A DNA stretch of 64,000 bases. Origin: Octopus sinensis (taxonomy: Eukaryota). The notes under the pieces are model-generated. The model made no database searches. It worked only from the letters and a program-made list of their open reading frames with translations, and had not been told where the DNA came from. The stretch covers positions 59,892,001 through 59,956,000 of the forward strand of contig NC_043006.1 of the NCBI RefSeq assembly GCF_006345805.1. Direction: 5' to 3'. The translations under genes and the position numbers were made by a program. Below are positions 38,806-53,149 of the stretch, in pieces; positions within the stretch are counted from its first letter, which is position 1, and every line of letters starts with the position of its first letter.

Positions 38806-39105
38806 TTTATATATAAAACTGAAGTTGTGTGTGTGTCTGTCTACTCCGATTTAGATTCCTAACTACTCCCACATTTTGCGGTGCAGTTTAACCAAAAGCG
38901 GGTGTCTTATAGTCGTGATTCATATCGAGCCCTTCTGGGTATTAGTGCGCGTCTACGATGAGTCTACGATTTAAAAAAAAATTTCCATCATTTTCCGCAT
39001 TTTTAATGCATTTTTGCTCGGTTTATATGAGGGAAGTAACTCTCTAAAAATGCTTATATAGTTATTTCCCTTACAAACCCGAGCAACGCCGGGCGATACT
39101 GCTAG
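38806..39105 (+). mobile_element. Non-autonomous Helitron, short form of the 54.2-55.7 kb family
   Basis: A|TC 5' end, CCCGAGCAACGCCGGG hairpin, CTAG|T 3' end. Confidence 0.85.
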
Positions 39106-40222
39106 TTTTTAATAAAAGTTATTTTCTATAACAACCTGTTTGAAAAGATGGTCTCATTTAGCTACCTCGGTGCAAAACTGTGACTAACAACTTAAATCAT
39201 TTACATTCACTATAATATATATTGTGAAACAGCAGTCAAGTAATGTAGTCCTCCATTACGATTCCATTCACATCAGCGATCCATACAGAAACTGACCATT
39301 CATCCTCCAAATCCAAGTGGCACCGTAAAAATTTCCAAGACATTACAAAGATTCTCCATCAGAGACCCTTTAAATGAATATATACTTAAACTTGGCTGTG
39401 TACAACTACAAAGGCACATATGAGAAGTAATCATACACACGCGCGCTCACACAGACTCTCACACACACAACACTTGTTTTCAGCTACCGTGTATCTAAGG
39501 AGATGATAAAACATTTTAACCTTTTCTTTTCTTTTCTTCTTTTCCCTTCATTCCCCACCCCGTTCTTCTTATGCCCTTATTATACCGACACATCAAATGC
39601 AATGTTATTCGTACTGAAAAAACGCAGTCCTTATTGTCATCAACCAATACGGGTGGTGCAGATGTTTTCCACTTTTGTGTTTTTTACCACCCGAAGTTAA
39701 TTCCCCTCATCCACGGCTATTTGAACCCTGTCTTCATACGATGTTTCTTGGTTAAACGGACCGAAATTATAACCACCTGTAGTTCTAGTTCGATGTGCAT
39801 TGAACAGAAATCCTTTTTCCCAACCATACATATATTACAGGGACGGCCAGTTGGACAGGATCCGGATCGAAGCTAACCTTAGAAGAAATCTTTAAGAATG
39901 TAACCTCCGTCCATGCAGCGCACTTGACCAAGCCGTCACTGACGACACTCGGCACACACTCCGGAAAAAAAAGCTTAACGGCATTTCGTCCGTCATTACG
40001 TTCTGAATTCAAATTCCGCTGAGGTCGACCTTGCCTTTCATCCTTTCGGGGTCGATAAAATAAGTACCAGTTGAACACTGAATCGATGTAATTGACATAC
40101 TTCCTCTCCCGAAATTGCTGGCCTTGTGCCAACATTTGAGATCATTACTATTATCATTTTATTTATTCGGTTAATTCCTGATCTATCTATGTCTATGTCA
40201 CGTCTCAGTTCCATACCGCAGC

Positions 40223-40600
40223 TTAGAGACGCAAAACTTTCCTCAACACACGAGCTGTTCCAAGTATTGTTGCCATCTGGATACTTCCTAAGAAATTTGG
40301 TATTTGCAGCGTTTGAAGCCGGAATATTGCTCTTTTTGAGATGGTCCCAAGTGCACCGATCACAATAGCTACCACATTCACTTTTGAGACTCCATGGATT
40401 CTTTTCACTTCCAATCCTAAGTCTTGGTACTTTCCGAAATTCTTGCCCTCTGTGTTCACAATATTCTGCTCTGCAGGTATATCTACATCAATGCAGGTCC
40501 ATTGTTTAGACTCCTTCACTTGGAGAGTGATATCTGGTCGGTGGTGCTGCAACTTTTTGTCTGTGTGTATTGGTATATCCCATATGAGTTTCATCTGCTA
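40223..40600 (-). mobile_element. R4/Dong-like LINE endonuclease fragment
   Basis: WDIPIHTDK..RPDI..IDV..KYQDL..IVIGALG..ILGTARVLRKVL. Confidence 0.85.
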
Positions 40601-40757
40601 TTGGCAAAGGTTGATGCTCATACCACTTGTTGGAAAATTCTAGCCAATACTTATCGCACAACTCCCGGCAAATTCGCTCTACTACTTTGTCATGGTATTT
40701 TATTTACCCCTTTTGCTCCAACTTTGAGTATTCACTAATTATATGTTTATTACAGAC

Positions 40758-41140
40758 TAGCAGTATCGCCCGGCGTTGCTCGGGTTTGTAAGGGAAATAA
40801 CTATAAAGCATTTTTAGAGAGTTATAGCCAAAAAGTAGCAAAAAAATGGAAAAAAAATTATGGTAAATTTTTTTTGAGAGTTAAAAAGGTCGAGTTGCGT
40901 CCCCTAGACAGTCTGTGGTCTGTGTTTCTGATTCTCGACCCCATATCGAATTTATCGATTTTTTTCAGAACTGGGGGAACTTTTCAAACTTTTCGCTGCG
41001 TTAGTTTTGAATTATGACATTGGGCTATGTGTGTGTCAAGTTTCATCAGAATCGGTTGAAAGCCGTGGTCAGGGTGAGGGTACAACCTAACAGACACACA
41101 GACACGCAGACAGACAAACTGCCGTTTATATATAGAGAGA
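40758..41140 (-). mobile_element. Non-autonomous Helitron
   Basis: Same 3' hairpin and CTAG; 5' half shared with 52490-52695. Confidence 0.8.
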
Positions 41141-41464
41141 TAACTTTCCATAGTCTACACAAAGGTGATACTGCTGTCTTATCAATGCTACATTTGATTG
41201 AGTCAGTTCGTAAAACTTGTCCTTAGGCAGCAAGAATCCATCCTTCCGTGCCCTTCGAGCTGGCAGAATCGTTAGCACGCTAGAGGAAATGCTTAGCGGT
41301 ATTTCGTCCGTCGTTACGTTCTGAGTTCAAAATTCCGCTGAGGTTGACTTTGCCTTTCATCCTTTCGGTATCGATAAATTAAGTACCAGTGAAACTCTGG
41401 GGTCAATGCAATCGACTAGTCCCCTCCGCTCAAATTTCAAACCTTGTACCTATAATAGAAAAGA

Positions 41465-43530
41465 TTATTATTATTATTATTATTATTATTCAGTAGTTTT
41501 ATTTTTATAGCGTGCTTTCACTTCACTACCGAGCGCAGCTCTGTGTGCCTTGGGTATGTGCTGTGATTTGTTGTGATGCTCTGATGGTTATTGTATGGAA
41601 AGTGTTCTGCGTAGGATGTGTGCAGTGCCTAGTAGTGCAATTTTCTGTATGTTATATGTGTTTGTAAGTCCCGGTGTTTTTGTTATGTATTTGTCTGAAT
41701 ATTTTTTTATCATGCCTAATGCGCCTACTATGATAGGAATTGTTTCTGTTTTCAGATTCCACATTCTAGTTACCTCTATTTCCAGGTCTTTGTATTTTGA
41801 GAGTTTCTCCATTTCTTTTAGAGACACGTTGTCATCTGCCGGTACTGATACATCAATTAGAAAGCATTTTTTTTCTTCATGGTCTCTGACAACTATATCT
41901 GGTCTGTTGGCCTTAATTTCTCTATCTGTGTGTATCGGCATATCCCAGAGTATGGTTGCTTTCTCGTTTTCTGTGACCTTTTCTGGTGTGTGCCTATACC
42001 ATCTTTTTTCTGTTGTTATTCCATAATGTTGGCATAGCTTCCAATGTATGTAAGTTCCAACTCTGTCATGTCTGTGAATATATTCCTTCTTAGCCAGGAC
42101 TGGGCAGCTAGAGATAATATGATTTATTGTTCTTGTCCATCTCCACATATTCTGCAGTTACTTGTAATATTTCTTTTCATTACATGTTTTTGGTAATTTC
42201 TGGTGGGGAGGCTTGGTCTTGTGCTGCAATTAAAAATCCCTCTGTTTCTGCTTTGAGTCCTGAGCTTCGCAACCATTGCTGGGATTTTTCTTTGTCTATT
42301 TCTTTTGCGTTTAGTTAGGTCCAGTATTTACCACGAAGGGGCTTTTCTTGCCATCGTTTTATCATGGTTCGTTGCTGTTCTTTTTTAGTTTGGATTTCAT
42401 TTTTTTTATAGCTTTTGTTGTTTCTTCTTCTTCTTCTTCTTCTTCATGTTTATTAGGAGGTATGATTTCTTGTTTGTATTTGTCAGCTTCCTTAAATACT
42501 GAGAACAGTTTTTTGTTTTGCTCGTGTTTTGCCGCTATCTGGATCAGTTTTCCTTCCTTCTGAAGTAGATATTTTTGCAGTCCTATGCAAAAAATTGTTA
42601 TTTTATAGTAGTTTTCCAGCTGTATAAGGCCTCTACCACCTTCCCTACGTTGTATATATAGTCTTTCTATGTCAGATTTTGGGTGATGCATCCTCGATCC
42701 TGTCATTATTTTTCTTGTTTTCCTGTCTATTTTGGTCAGTTCATTTCGTGTCCAGTTAAGGATATTGTAGCTGTAACTTATAACTGGGACAGCTAAAGTG
42801 TTGATACCTATTATCTTGTTTTTAGCATTCAGCTCTGTGTTTAGTATTGATCTAACTCGTCTATAATATTCTTTTTTTATTTTCTCTTCATTTGTGTGTG
42901 TGTGTCTTATCTAGTTCATGGATTCCTAAGTATTTGTAAGTTGGCTTTGGTCTAATTCTTTTATTTCATTTGCTTCATCTAGTGTGATGTTGTTACTCTT
43001 AACTAGTTTTCCTCTTTTCATGGTTACTTTGGCGCATTTTTCTAATCCAAATTTCATATCTATTTCTTTGGTAAATCCATGAACTGTCTTTAATAGTGTT
43101 TCCAGCTGTTTGTCATTTGCAGCGTATAGTTTTAGGTCATCCTATATAAAAGGTGGCTGATCGTTTTGCCGTAACATTTATATCCGCATCCAGTTCTATT
43201 TAGCATATCAGATAGAGGTGACAGTGCCAAGCAGAAAAGGAGTGGAGAGAGCGTATCTCCCTGGAATATTCCTCTTCTAATGGGGATGTCTTTGGTTTTC
43301 ATGAGTCCCTCTTTTGTTTGGAGGTGTAGGACTGTTTGCCATTTATTCATAGAGTGCTCTATGAATTTTATGATTGTTGGTGCTACTTTGTTAATGGCTA
43401 GTGTTTCGAGGATCCATGTGTGGGGGATGCTATCAAACGCCTTTTTGTAGTCAATCCAGGCCATACTGAGGCCTTTCTTCTTTCTGTGGCTGTCTTCAGT
43501 TATGGCTTTATTAATCATTAGTTGATCTTT
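41465..43530 (-). mobile_element. 5'-truncated R4/Dong-like LINE (RT, zinc knuckle, PD-D/ExK endonuclease) with (AAT)n tail
   Basis: WIDYKKAFDSIPH, RGIFQGDTLSPLLF, HLLY.DDLK, HIISSCP..RHD, RPDIVV..IDVSVP..KYKDL; few disablements. Confidence 0.93.
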
Positions 43531-43554
43531 ACAGCCATATGAGCCATATGAGCC

Positions 43555-43600
43555 TTATTATTATTATTATTATTATATTATTATTATTATTATTATTATC

Positions 43601-43661
<61 letters not shown>

Positions 43662-43676
43662 ATTATTATTATTATT
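43555..43676. repeat. (TTA)n microsatellite
   Basis: Direct reading. Confidence 0.95.
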
Positions 43677-43679
43677 TTC

Positions 43680-44240
43680 TCTTTATCACAGGTTTTATTG
43701 GAGCTCCTGGAGTCTTGCCTGTGTAGCAGGCTTACTACCTGCACCCTACGGTACCATGCTATTTGTTATTTTCAGCAATCTAATACTTTTCTGATTATTC
43801 TGGCCGTGCCAAGGAGGCAAAACTTCTGTAACAGTTCTACTGGGCACTTTATTCCAATTTCGTTTATATTTCTCTTGAGGCCTTCTGATACTGTTCCCAA
43901 GAACCCGACAATATCTGGCACTATCTTCGCCTTCATTTTCCATAGCCGGGCAATTTCGTAGTTAAGAGGGCACTATCTTTTCGCCTTCGCCTTCATTCTT
44001 AACTATTCGTGGATCGAAGGGGCATGCAACGTCAACTATATAGCATATGTGGTGCACCTTATTCACCATCACTAGATTCGGTCTGTTATGCGAGCACCTG
44101 ATCTGTTTGAAATGAGAAATCTCAGAGAATTTTGCTAGTCTGCGACTCTGCCACTATCTGCGGGTTGTGCTCATACCACATCTTACCTCTCTCTAGTCCC
44201 CGCTTTTCGCACAAATTCCAATGAAGCACTTTCGCTACCT
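43680..44240 (-). mobile_element. Another R4/Dong-like 3' fragment ending in (AAT)n
   Basis: KVLHWNLC..WYEH..PNLV..VDVACPFD..IARLWKMK..LLGTARIIRKVL. Confidence 0.8.
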
Positions 44241-44499
44241 CAAGTATTCCCAGGTATTTATAGCTGGATTGAAGTTGAATTGCTTTCATCATTTCACCAC
44301 TTGGTAACCATATACCTTATGTACTGTGTTATTGTTATCGCCTAGCTGGAGGTATGTTTTTGGAGCGCTGTAAGTTTATATTTAATTCACTTCTTTTAAA
44401 AGGTTTTATGCTGTATTTTGTTGGTGAAATCGTTTTGCAAACCAGTTGCCCTTCTGTGGGAATGGAGGTGGGGGGGGGGCTGACGTTTCTTGATCAAAG

Positions 44500-46310
44500 C
44501 CCCCATTTTGGGGTTGATACAAACGTTTTTGTTTTCAAATTTCTTCGAAAATTTGCTTCGAAGAAAGAAAGTAAACATTGAAAATGGCGACGAAAAACGG
44601 GAGTGAGGAAGAAAGGTGGTGGTACGGCAATTTTCTCGAGGACTTTCTCGTCCTCCCCACCATGATTGGCAGTAGACAGCTGGAAGAAAAGAAGGAAGAA
44701 GAAGAAGAAATGAAGAGTCAAGAAAAGAAGAAAGAAGAGGAAAAGCAGAAAGAAAGCGAGAGGAAGGTAAGGAGTAAAGTCTTCCTCACTACATTGAAAT
44801 CGTAGAAGCACGCAAAACAACATTGAAAGCAACTGCCGCGAAGAATCTAACGAAAGTGGAGTTAGCGGTGGGAAAGAAACTTTTGCAAATATCACGGCAG
44901 CTAAGGAATTGGTTAACATCTCACTGGAAAACAAAATATAAAAAACTAAACAAGGCAGCAAAATATACGGAAATGAATGGAAGGAGGGCAGAATCGACGC
45001 CTCCAAGCGACGTGCTCGAAGCAACAGCCAAACGGACAGTTGTCGTCTACAGGTGCGTGAACACAAAGACAAGGAATTCGAAAATGCTAAACGCGACCAG
45101 GTGGAAAAAAGCCTTGAAAGACATGTGGTAGGATATCCACCACATTTGCGGGAGTGGCGCATTTCGATGGAGTAGAGGTCCTTTTTTAAGACCGAGGAGC
45201 AGGCGAAACAGAATTCGGTGGTCACACGTCGCACCGAGAAACGTACATGGGAATTACGAATTACAGTACCTGGAGTCCCACAAGGCTAGGATTTATGGTG
45301 GATTCTCGCCTGTATTTGTTCGGACTGCGGAGAGAATCTCCTGGATGTTAAATGATCGAGGAGAGAGAATTAGGTTTGGACTATCTTGGAGGTTCTTCTT
45401 CACATGAAGCCGGAGCAGTTAGAGAACGTCCTAGACCTGATTTCCCTCTCCAGTGGAGTAGAACTAAGGGCGAACGTGGAGGGCAGATGGCTGAGGTGCC
45501 ACGATTGAGGTTCAACAGGTCTCTTACGGTTTCACTACCTACAGAACCAGAAGAGAAGTGCAGAAAAAATGTCCAAACGAAAGTACCACAACCCATGAGT
45601 CAACAAAATCAATGCAAACAACAACAACGACAATAGAAAAGCAAGGGAATAGAAACAGATATTGAACCCAAGGAGACAAAACAGGCATGTTAAGTAAAGG
45701 TGGGAGTGGGAGTAGCACCAGTAGCTGAGGTGGAAGTTAGTGTAGCAGAAGCAACAACAACAACAACTACAAGAGCACCAAAACAAACAAAACCAGAAGA
45801 AAACATACAAGACGGACTCCTCCGCGCATTCAAGTAATGATGAGGGGAAGCCCCCACCCCACCAAAAGAAATACAAGAGACACAGAAAGGGAGAAATCCA
45901 AGAAACGGTAAACACAGACACACTGATGACAACACCAACACAACATACACCAAAGTCACCAATACCATCACAAACACCCACAACAAACTTTAAAAAGAAA
46001 ATGCTAAACGCGAGCATGTGGAAAAAGCCTTGAAAGACAGACGTTTCCAGCTGGCGGACAGGTTCAGACTGGATTTCCCGAACACTCCAGTGTGGACATG
46101 GAAAACAGTATTGGGTCTTCCAGATCTTATCTAGACAGGGTATTTTGTAGGCCAACAGATAGGAAGAGCATAGGGTGTTCACAATCTGAATTCATCAACT
46201 ACAGACCACAAGTTTGTGATCTGTACTGTTGACCTAGATAGGCTCCATAGGCAGGGACCCAGATACTGGAAGCTGAACGTGTCCTTCCCGGCGCGTCAAG
46301 CTTTCAGAGA
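44500..46310 (+). mobile_element. Decayed L1/Tx1-like LINE 5' part (ORF1-like region plus APE C-terminus)
   Basis: ~46090-46285 reads WTW..SSRSYLDRVF..TDHKFV..GPRYWKLN; low-complexity charged reading frames upstream. Confidence 0.65.
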
Positions 46311-46314
46311 CCGG

Positions 46315-47272
<958 letters not shown>

Positions 47273-47404
47273 TGAGAAAAAATGTTGTCAGCATTTTGGA
47301 AAAAATCTTTTATTTCTTCATTATATATATATAGTTGTGTCTAGGGAGAGTTATTATGCCAATATTATTCACATAAAGTATCTTACAAACCAGATACACA
47401 TATG

Positions 47405-47438
<34 letters not shown>

Positions 47439-48122
47439 TAACATTAACATCCACAACATATTCAACAGGTCAGCTTCTAGCATTACGTGTTCCATTAACG
47501 ACAATAGCAAACATAATATACCACAACCACCACAACAAATATCAAATATTCCTTTCTCTGAACTGTCAACTAGATTTTATTATCGTACTCTTTTGCTCAA
47601 CCTACCTAGTGTTGATATCTTCTGTGTATATTGCCCCGCAGTTGCATAGAGTTTATGGTTATTTGATAAAAGAAAACGGTGCATTCCAAATATACTGAAA
47701 GCAAGCTCTAAATTATTTTCTATTTTTCTGTTTACTTCTGAGTTTTTCTATTATTGTCCTTTTGTGTACACACACACACACACACACACACACAACACAC
47801 ACACACACACACGAGCACAGTCACGCTCATATGTATAAACAGACATACATACACGTACAGACCACATACATGTATTATATGTTAGCTGTCCATAAGTAAG
47901 TCAGAACAAAAAGCATTTTCAATATAAACAATAGAGCTGGGGGCATATAGACTCTAGACAGGGTCGGTATTTGCAAAAAGTGGAACGAAAAATAACAGAA
48001 AATATATTTCAAGAGGAAAGAGGAGTTATTTCTCGTGGATTAATGTTAGCCGTGGGTGAAGCATGTAAACTGTAAGCGTGTATACAATTCAAAAACGGAC
48101 AAGATTAAGACGCAAAAATATA

Positions 48123-48174
48123 TTTCCGCTGATGAGGGTTTCACCTGAAAGTTTCACTTGTCGAGTAGAGGAAA
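48123..48174 (+). ncRNA. Hammerhead-like relic with canonical CTGATGA core, disrupted by a short duplication
   Basis: TTTCC/GGAAA helix I; CTGATGA; GGG-TTTCA-CCT; GAAA; duplicated GTTTC; ACTTG-T-CGAGT-A. Confidence 0.4.
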
Positions 48175-48999
48175 GCACTCTAATCATGTGAATTTTATTA
48201 GAATGATTTTCCTCTCCACCTAGCTGTGACTGCATCTTGTACTTCCATTAGGAGACGGCCTAGAACATTCCAGCAACTAAATTGCCGTATAAACGATAAA
48301 CGTCGCCTTTTTCAAGCCTAGCCAGGCTCATGGGCCCGGTTTCCCGGTTTCTGTGGCGTATGTTTCCCCCAGCTGGACGGGATGCCAGTCCATCGCAGCG
48401 TTACTCAAGAAACAGGAAGAGATAGTGAGAGAAAGTTGTAGCGAAAGAGTACAACAGGGACCGCCCCCCCCTGCCGGAGCCTCGTGGAACGTCTAGGTGT
48501 TTTCGCTCAATAAACACGCACAACGCCCGGTCTGAGAATCGAAACCGCGATCCTCCGACCGCGAGTCCGCTGCCCTAACCACTGAGCCATTGCGCCTCCA
48601 AATTGCTGTATAGCTAACTAAATATGTAACATTTCACCTTCCATGGGTTTAAAGTGCCCCGTTGCGTTGACGTATTTCTGTATACACGTCATCCTATTGG
48701 TATTGGTTGGCCCCACCCTTCGTTTTGTTTTGCATTAACTATTAACTCGGCAGTTACTGTAAACCCTACATGAGCCGCAGCTTGCGGGTACTAACTAATA
48801 TGTTTTGATACTAGCTGTGCAGCTGAACGAGATCTGTAAGTTATGTCTATTAAATATCTCACTAATCTATGGTCCAGCGTCAAATCTTTGTCACTAATTT
48901 AAGGAAGACCCTACCCACTCAGGTAAGAAAAACTGCTGACCAGATAACTTTGCAGCGGTACTTTTCTTGTGGGTGTTGGGGCTGGGCATGTAATTAATA

Positions 49000-49700
49000 C
49001 GGCCTTGAAACTGCTGGTTGCCAAAAGCCTCGTTATAGAATGGAGTCTACTTCATCGGAGACATTTATTGTGCGATAGATTCGAGATACCCCCACTGACA
49101 CCCTTTACCAGGTTTTTAAACTCGATAAGCGAGTCATAGGCAGCTGTGTTGATGTACGAAAGCTTCTCGTTTGGTTTTGTGTAAAGATCGTCTGAAACTG
49201 TGCCCAGATCGAGTGTTACATCTAATTACTGTTTGGTTATTCTCTATTGTAATCTTGGGTCTTAGAGTATTAAGAGCATGTATCAGGTTTTTCCTGCGCT
49301 TGTCCATCTCTAGAGATGGCTAAAATGTTGTCTCCATGTAAGCCAAAGCATATTCAAAGGAATTTCGTATCTAGGGTCTAGTATAAAGAAGCCTATATGG
49401 TCGGAGATATACTCACGACCGTCAACATAAAGTCTATGTACTTCCATCATAACAAAGGCTATGCGTTTCCAGTCATAGCTGGAAGCTTGTTGCTTCAAGC
49501 ATCACCAATGTTTGAAAAGTTATCGATATTGTCGAGTGGCAATATTCGGCACGAAACCAACTGTAACATTCTGACAAGTTTTATGCCATAACCAGTAAAA
49601 TATCACTTGACAATAAAAAGCATATAGCAATTGAAAGGTCACGCATTTAGCCGGAAGGCCGAATAAAAATTCTTTGTCAGCGACAGAAGCAGTATTAGTT
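49000..49700 (-). pseudogene. Heavily decayed second Penelope-like RT
   Basis: Manual translation across frameshifts: NVTVG..LYVDG..RKNLIHAL..KITIENN..LDVTLDL..YTKPNEKLSYIN..ISNLS..FYNEA. Resembles PLE DVTMG/LYRDD/FLDVTLDL/YRKPN motifs. Confidence 0.7.
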
Positions 49701-50097
49701 CAAATCAATCATCTCTGTATCACACATAAAACATATATATTGTTGAAAGCATTCTAAATTTCGGCATTCATCTTGCGAAAGCATTTTTAAATTGGCGTAC
49801 AGTTTAAACAACATAAATATATCTGTATCAAGTGATAATCGCCCAGAAGCGGTGGTAGTATTGCTACATTCGGATTTCTACGCTTTTGAGTTTCATCTTT
49901 AGCAAGTATTCACTGGTACAATATACTAAGCGAAAATAGGCTGCAAGCTCAAATAGTTAAACAGTCATTGTAAGATTACCGACATAGCATTTAATCAATA
50001 GGCTGAATAAAGATTCGTTATTATCGATGGAAGCAGTTTTAGTTCAAATTAACGAACTGTGTACATTCTTAAAACACACACACCACACACACACACA

Positions 50098-50171
<74 letters not shown>

Positions 50172-50177
<6 letters not shown>

Positions 50178-51055
50178 GCGATGAGTAAATTGTCACCATT
50201 TTATATTTTTAATTTCCCGTATGTGCATCGTTTGTTTTTGATTTTGTCGACTACACAGTTTTGTAAAGTCAGTTGGGGACCGTTTGTGAGAAAAACAGCA
50301 CCATGACGCAATTCACTCTGCCAGAAATTTGGAAATGATATGCAGTACTGCTTGGCATTCGCACATGTAGCTCCAATACGAACATTTCAGAGTGTTTGCG
50401 TGTCAATCTGAGTGTTTGCCGTTTCCACAAAACGTACCGGGAGTGATAAAAATCAAACATCCAGTCAGCATCATAGTGTTTGGAGTGATCACTAGTGATG
50501 GCGACGTTATACCCCCATTCATGTTCCCACAATGGCCTCAGACTCAACACGGAGGGTTACATCAAGTGCCTGGAGGAAGTAGTGCTACCCTAGGTGAAGA
50601 GGATGGCTGCTGGAAGACCCTTTGTCTGGCAACAGGATTCTGTACCATATCACAAAAGCAGGAGAATCCAGTCATTGTTATCAGGCAATTTCTGCGAGCA
50701 CATCATCCCTAACATTTGGCTACCTAACTCGCCAGACTACAACCAACCTTGATTATTTTATGTGGGGCGCAGTTGAGCGAAAGAGCAACAAAACTCCTTG
50801 TAACACCAAAGATAAATTGAAGGCAAGAATTTTGACATTTACCAACTTAAACAAGGAGACCGTCCAGAAGAGTTGCAGGAAATTACGAAGTCGTCTGGAG
50901 GCCGTGGCGATTTTATTGAATAAATTTACTCTTTAGTATTTGAAAATATTTCAAGATTTTTATGTAATTTTGGTAAATATATCTGTTAAAATCAGATGTC
51001 AGTGTTATTTTCATCTTTGTATAATTTAGACGACAATTTATTCACTGCATCCTGT
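50172..51055 (+). mobile_element. Deleted Tc1/mariner-superfamily (maT/DD37D-like) transposon
   Basis: Imperfect TIRs CAGAGTGCGATGAGTAAATTGTC / GACAATTTATTCACTGCATCCTG; KHPVSIIVFGVITSDG, WQQDS, LDYFMWGAVE. Confidence 0.8.
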
Positions 51056-51230
51056 ATTCTCTTATTCCTTTACTTATTTCAGTCATTTGACTGCGGCCAT
51101 ACTTTAGCCGAACAAATAGATCTCAGCCTAGGTCTCTTTTTGCTGAACCGCTAGATTACGAGGGCGTAAACGCACCAATATTGGTTGTCAAGCGATGATG
51201 GTGGGACAAACACAGACACACAAATACATG

Positions 51231-51261
<31 letters not shown>

Positions 51262-51533
51262 ACACACACACACACACACTCACACACACACGACGGGCTT
51301 CTTTCAGTTAGACAGTCGATCTCATTGAAAAACCTCGAAAATCAAGGCCCATACATCAACGGGACGTTACGCTGCAAGCTATGCATAACCGAATGGGCTA
51401 TACTTAACTCCAGAACGGAGATTTTCGGGTCATGTTTGCATTTCAGATTTCTGCTGGTCTTTTGGGAACCGCCGAAAGTTGACAGCTAACGGGAGACGGA
51501 GATAATCCCCTATAGTTTACTCTTATAGCTGAA

Positions 51534-52695
51534 CTAGCAGCATAGCCCGGCGTTGCCCGGGTATGTAAGAGCCCCTAGTAGGCAACGACTAATCCCAATC
51601 TAGTCCTTTCACTCTAGGGAACGAAGGCGCATGTGTAGGTTGCAATGTCTTCTCTTCACTCCCAAATAACTATCAAACAGCTATCGATAATTCAACCCAA
51701 CCAATTCCTACCAGGAAGAAATTACATTCGAGACTTTACCCCCAACACCGCCACTTCTGCTAATAGCTGCTGCAGCCGCAAGTTATTCGAATACTTTTTT
51801 TGTTTAAACTTTCTTTATAACTACCACCCCAAACGTTTTACCTTAAATTTTTGACGTACCATAAGGGTCCTCGGACGCTACTTGCAAACTCTTGGTTTAT
51901 TATAAACAGCTTTTGTCGTGTGCATCAAAAAACCTTTTCCATTCGTTTGTTCAGTTTGGTCACTTTTGACTTTTTCGTTGTTGTCACTCACATTGCTGCC
52001 CGCTTTTTTGCCGTTTTTGTACATTTTTATACATTTTGAGATACTTACCCCACGTGTTCCGAGAGTTAAAAAGGTCGAGTTGCGTCCCCTAGACAGTCTG
52101 TGGTTTGTGTTTAATACACAAATCGGTTTGCTATGTGTGCCACATATGATTTAATTAACCGATTTTTTCCAGTAATAAAGTATCCTATTGGAATAAAAAG
52201 GGCCATATAGCTCCTTGGAGCAGACATGATGCTCGCTGTGAATTTAAAGAAAATTCCTACCAATTTGTGAAAGATATTGTCGAAAATATGTCATCTTGAA
52301 TTTGAACGCGATTTCCCAAAATGACATGATTTTATCGATTTTTTCTGATGGTAAGGTATTGCATGGAAAACTAACGTCAGAATTAAGTTTCTTAGGGTAA
52401 CATTAAGCTTCATCATGAGTTTGGTGAAAATCAATTGCAAGTTGCGAAAACTACAACAGAAAATGTGTTGCATATAAAAAGCTTAGATTTTCGACCCCAT
52501 GTCGAATTTATCGATTTTCTTCAGAACTGTGGAAACTTTTCAAAATTTTCGGTGCGTTAGTTTTGAATTATGACATTGGGCTATGTGTGTGTCAAGTTTT
52601 ATCAGAATCGGCTGAAAGTCGTGGTCAAGGTGAGGGTACAACCTGACAGACACACAGACACACAAACAGACAAACTGCCGTTTATATATAGAGAG
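51534..52695 (-). mobile_element. Longer non-autonomous Helitron
   Basis: 3' CCCGGGCAACGCCGGG hairpin plus CTAG; 5' TCTCTATATATAAACGGC; shares blocks with 40758-41140. Confidence 0.8.
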
Positions 52696-52882
52696 AAGAG
52701 ATGATAGCGGTACGAGCGGAAGTCGATAGTCATTAGCAAAGGGAGATAATACAGACTCTTCCCCTCCATGTTTTAAAGAAGTCATAGGCCAACAGGTCTT
52801 GAGGTCTGACACGATATGTCACAAAGTTAAACCATCTATGGACGGGAAACCCAGGGTAACCCCATAAATCGGCCTTCATCAG

Positions 52883-52922
<40 letters not shown>

Positions 52923-52954
52923 TTTATTTAAAAGCAGCAGAAATATAACAAAAG

Positions 52955-52990
52955 CTGTTACTCAGTTTCACGTTCCCGTTCGTCGGACAG
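52955..52990 (-). ncRNA. Candidate minimal type I hammerhead ribozyme (U4C core) in a fold-back element at 52921-53099
   Basis: Minus strand CTGT-CCGACGA-ACG-GGAA-CGT-GAAA-CT-G-AG-TA-ACAG: all three helices pair, GUA site; helix I extends through TAACAAAA/TTTTGTTA. Confidence 0.6.
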
Positions 52991-53096
52991 TTTTGTTAAA
53001 TTTGTTATATTTCTGCTGCTTTTAAAGCATATTACTCTACCTCTGGTACTTGAGTACTCGTTTTCCCACCTTGTTTTACATTTATGTACTTACTCC

Positions 53097-53146
<50 letters not shown>

Positions 53147-53149
<3 letters not shown>

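Noticed and set aside
39570-39960. GC-richer segment with short ORFs as a possible exon
   Set aside because: Stops in candidate frames, no convincing motif or splice pair; probably an unassigned TE relic.
44494-46182. 246-aa and 215-aa minus-strand ORFs
   Set aside because: Antisense shadows of purine-rich LINE ORF1-like sequence.
52780-52885. Minus-strand CTGATGA (52882-52876) with an AGGCCGA/TTGGCCT stem as a hammerhead
   Set aside because: The stem is followed by ATGA rather than GAAA; no helix I or III found.
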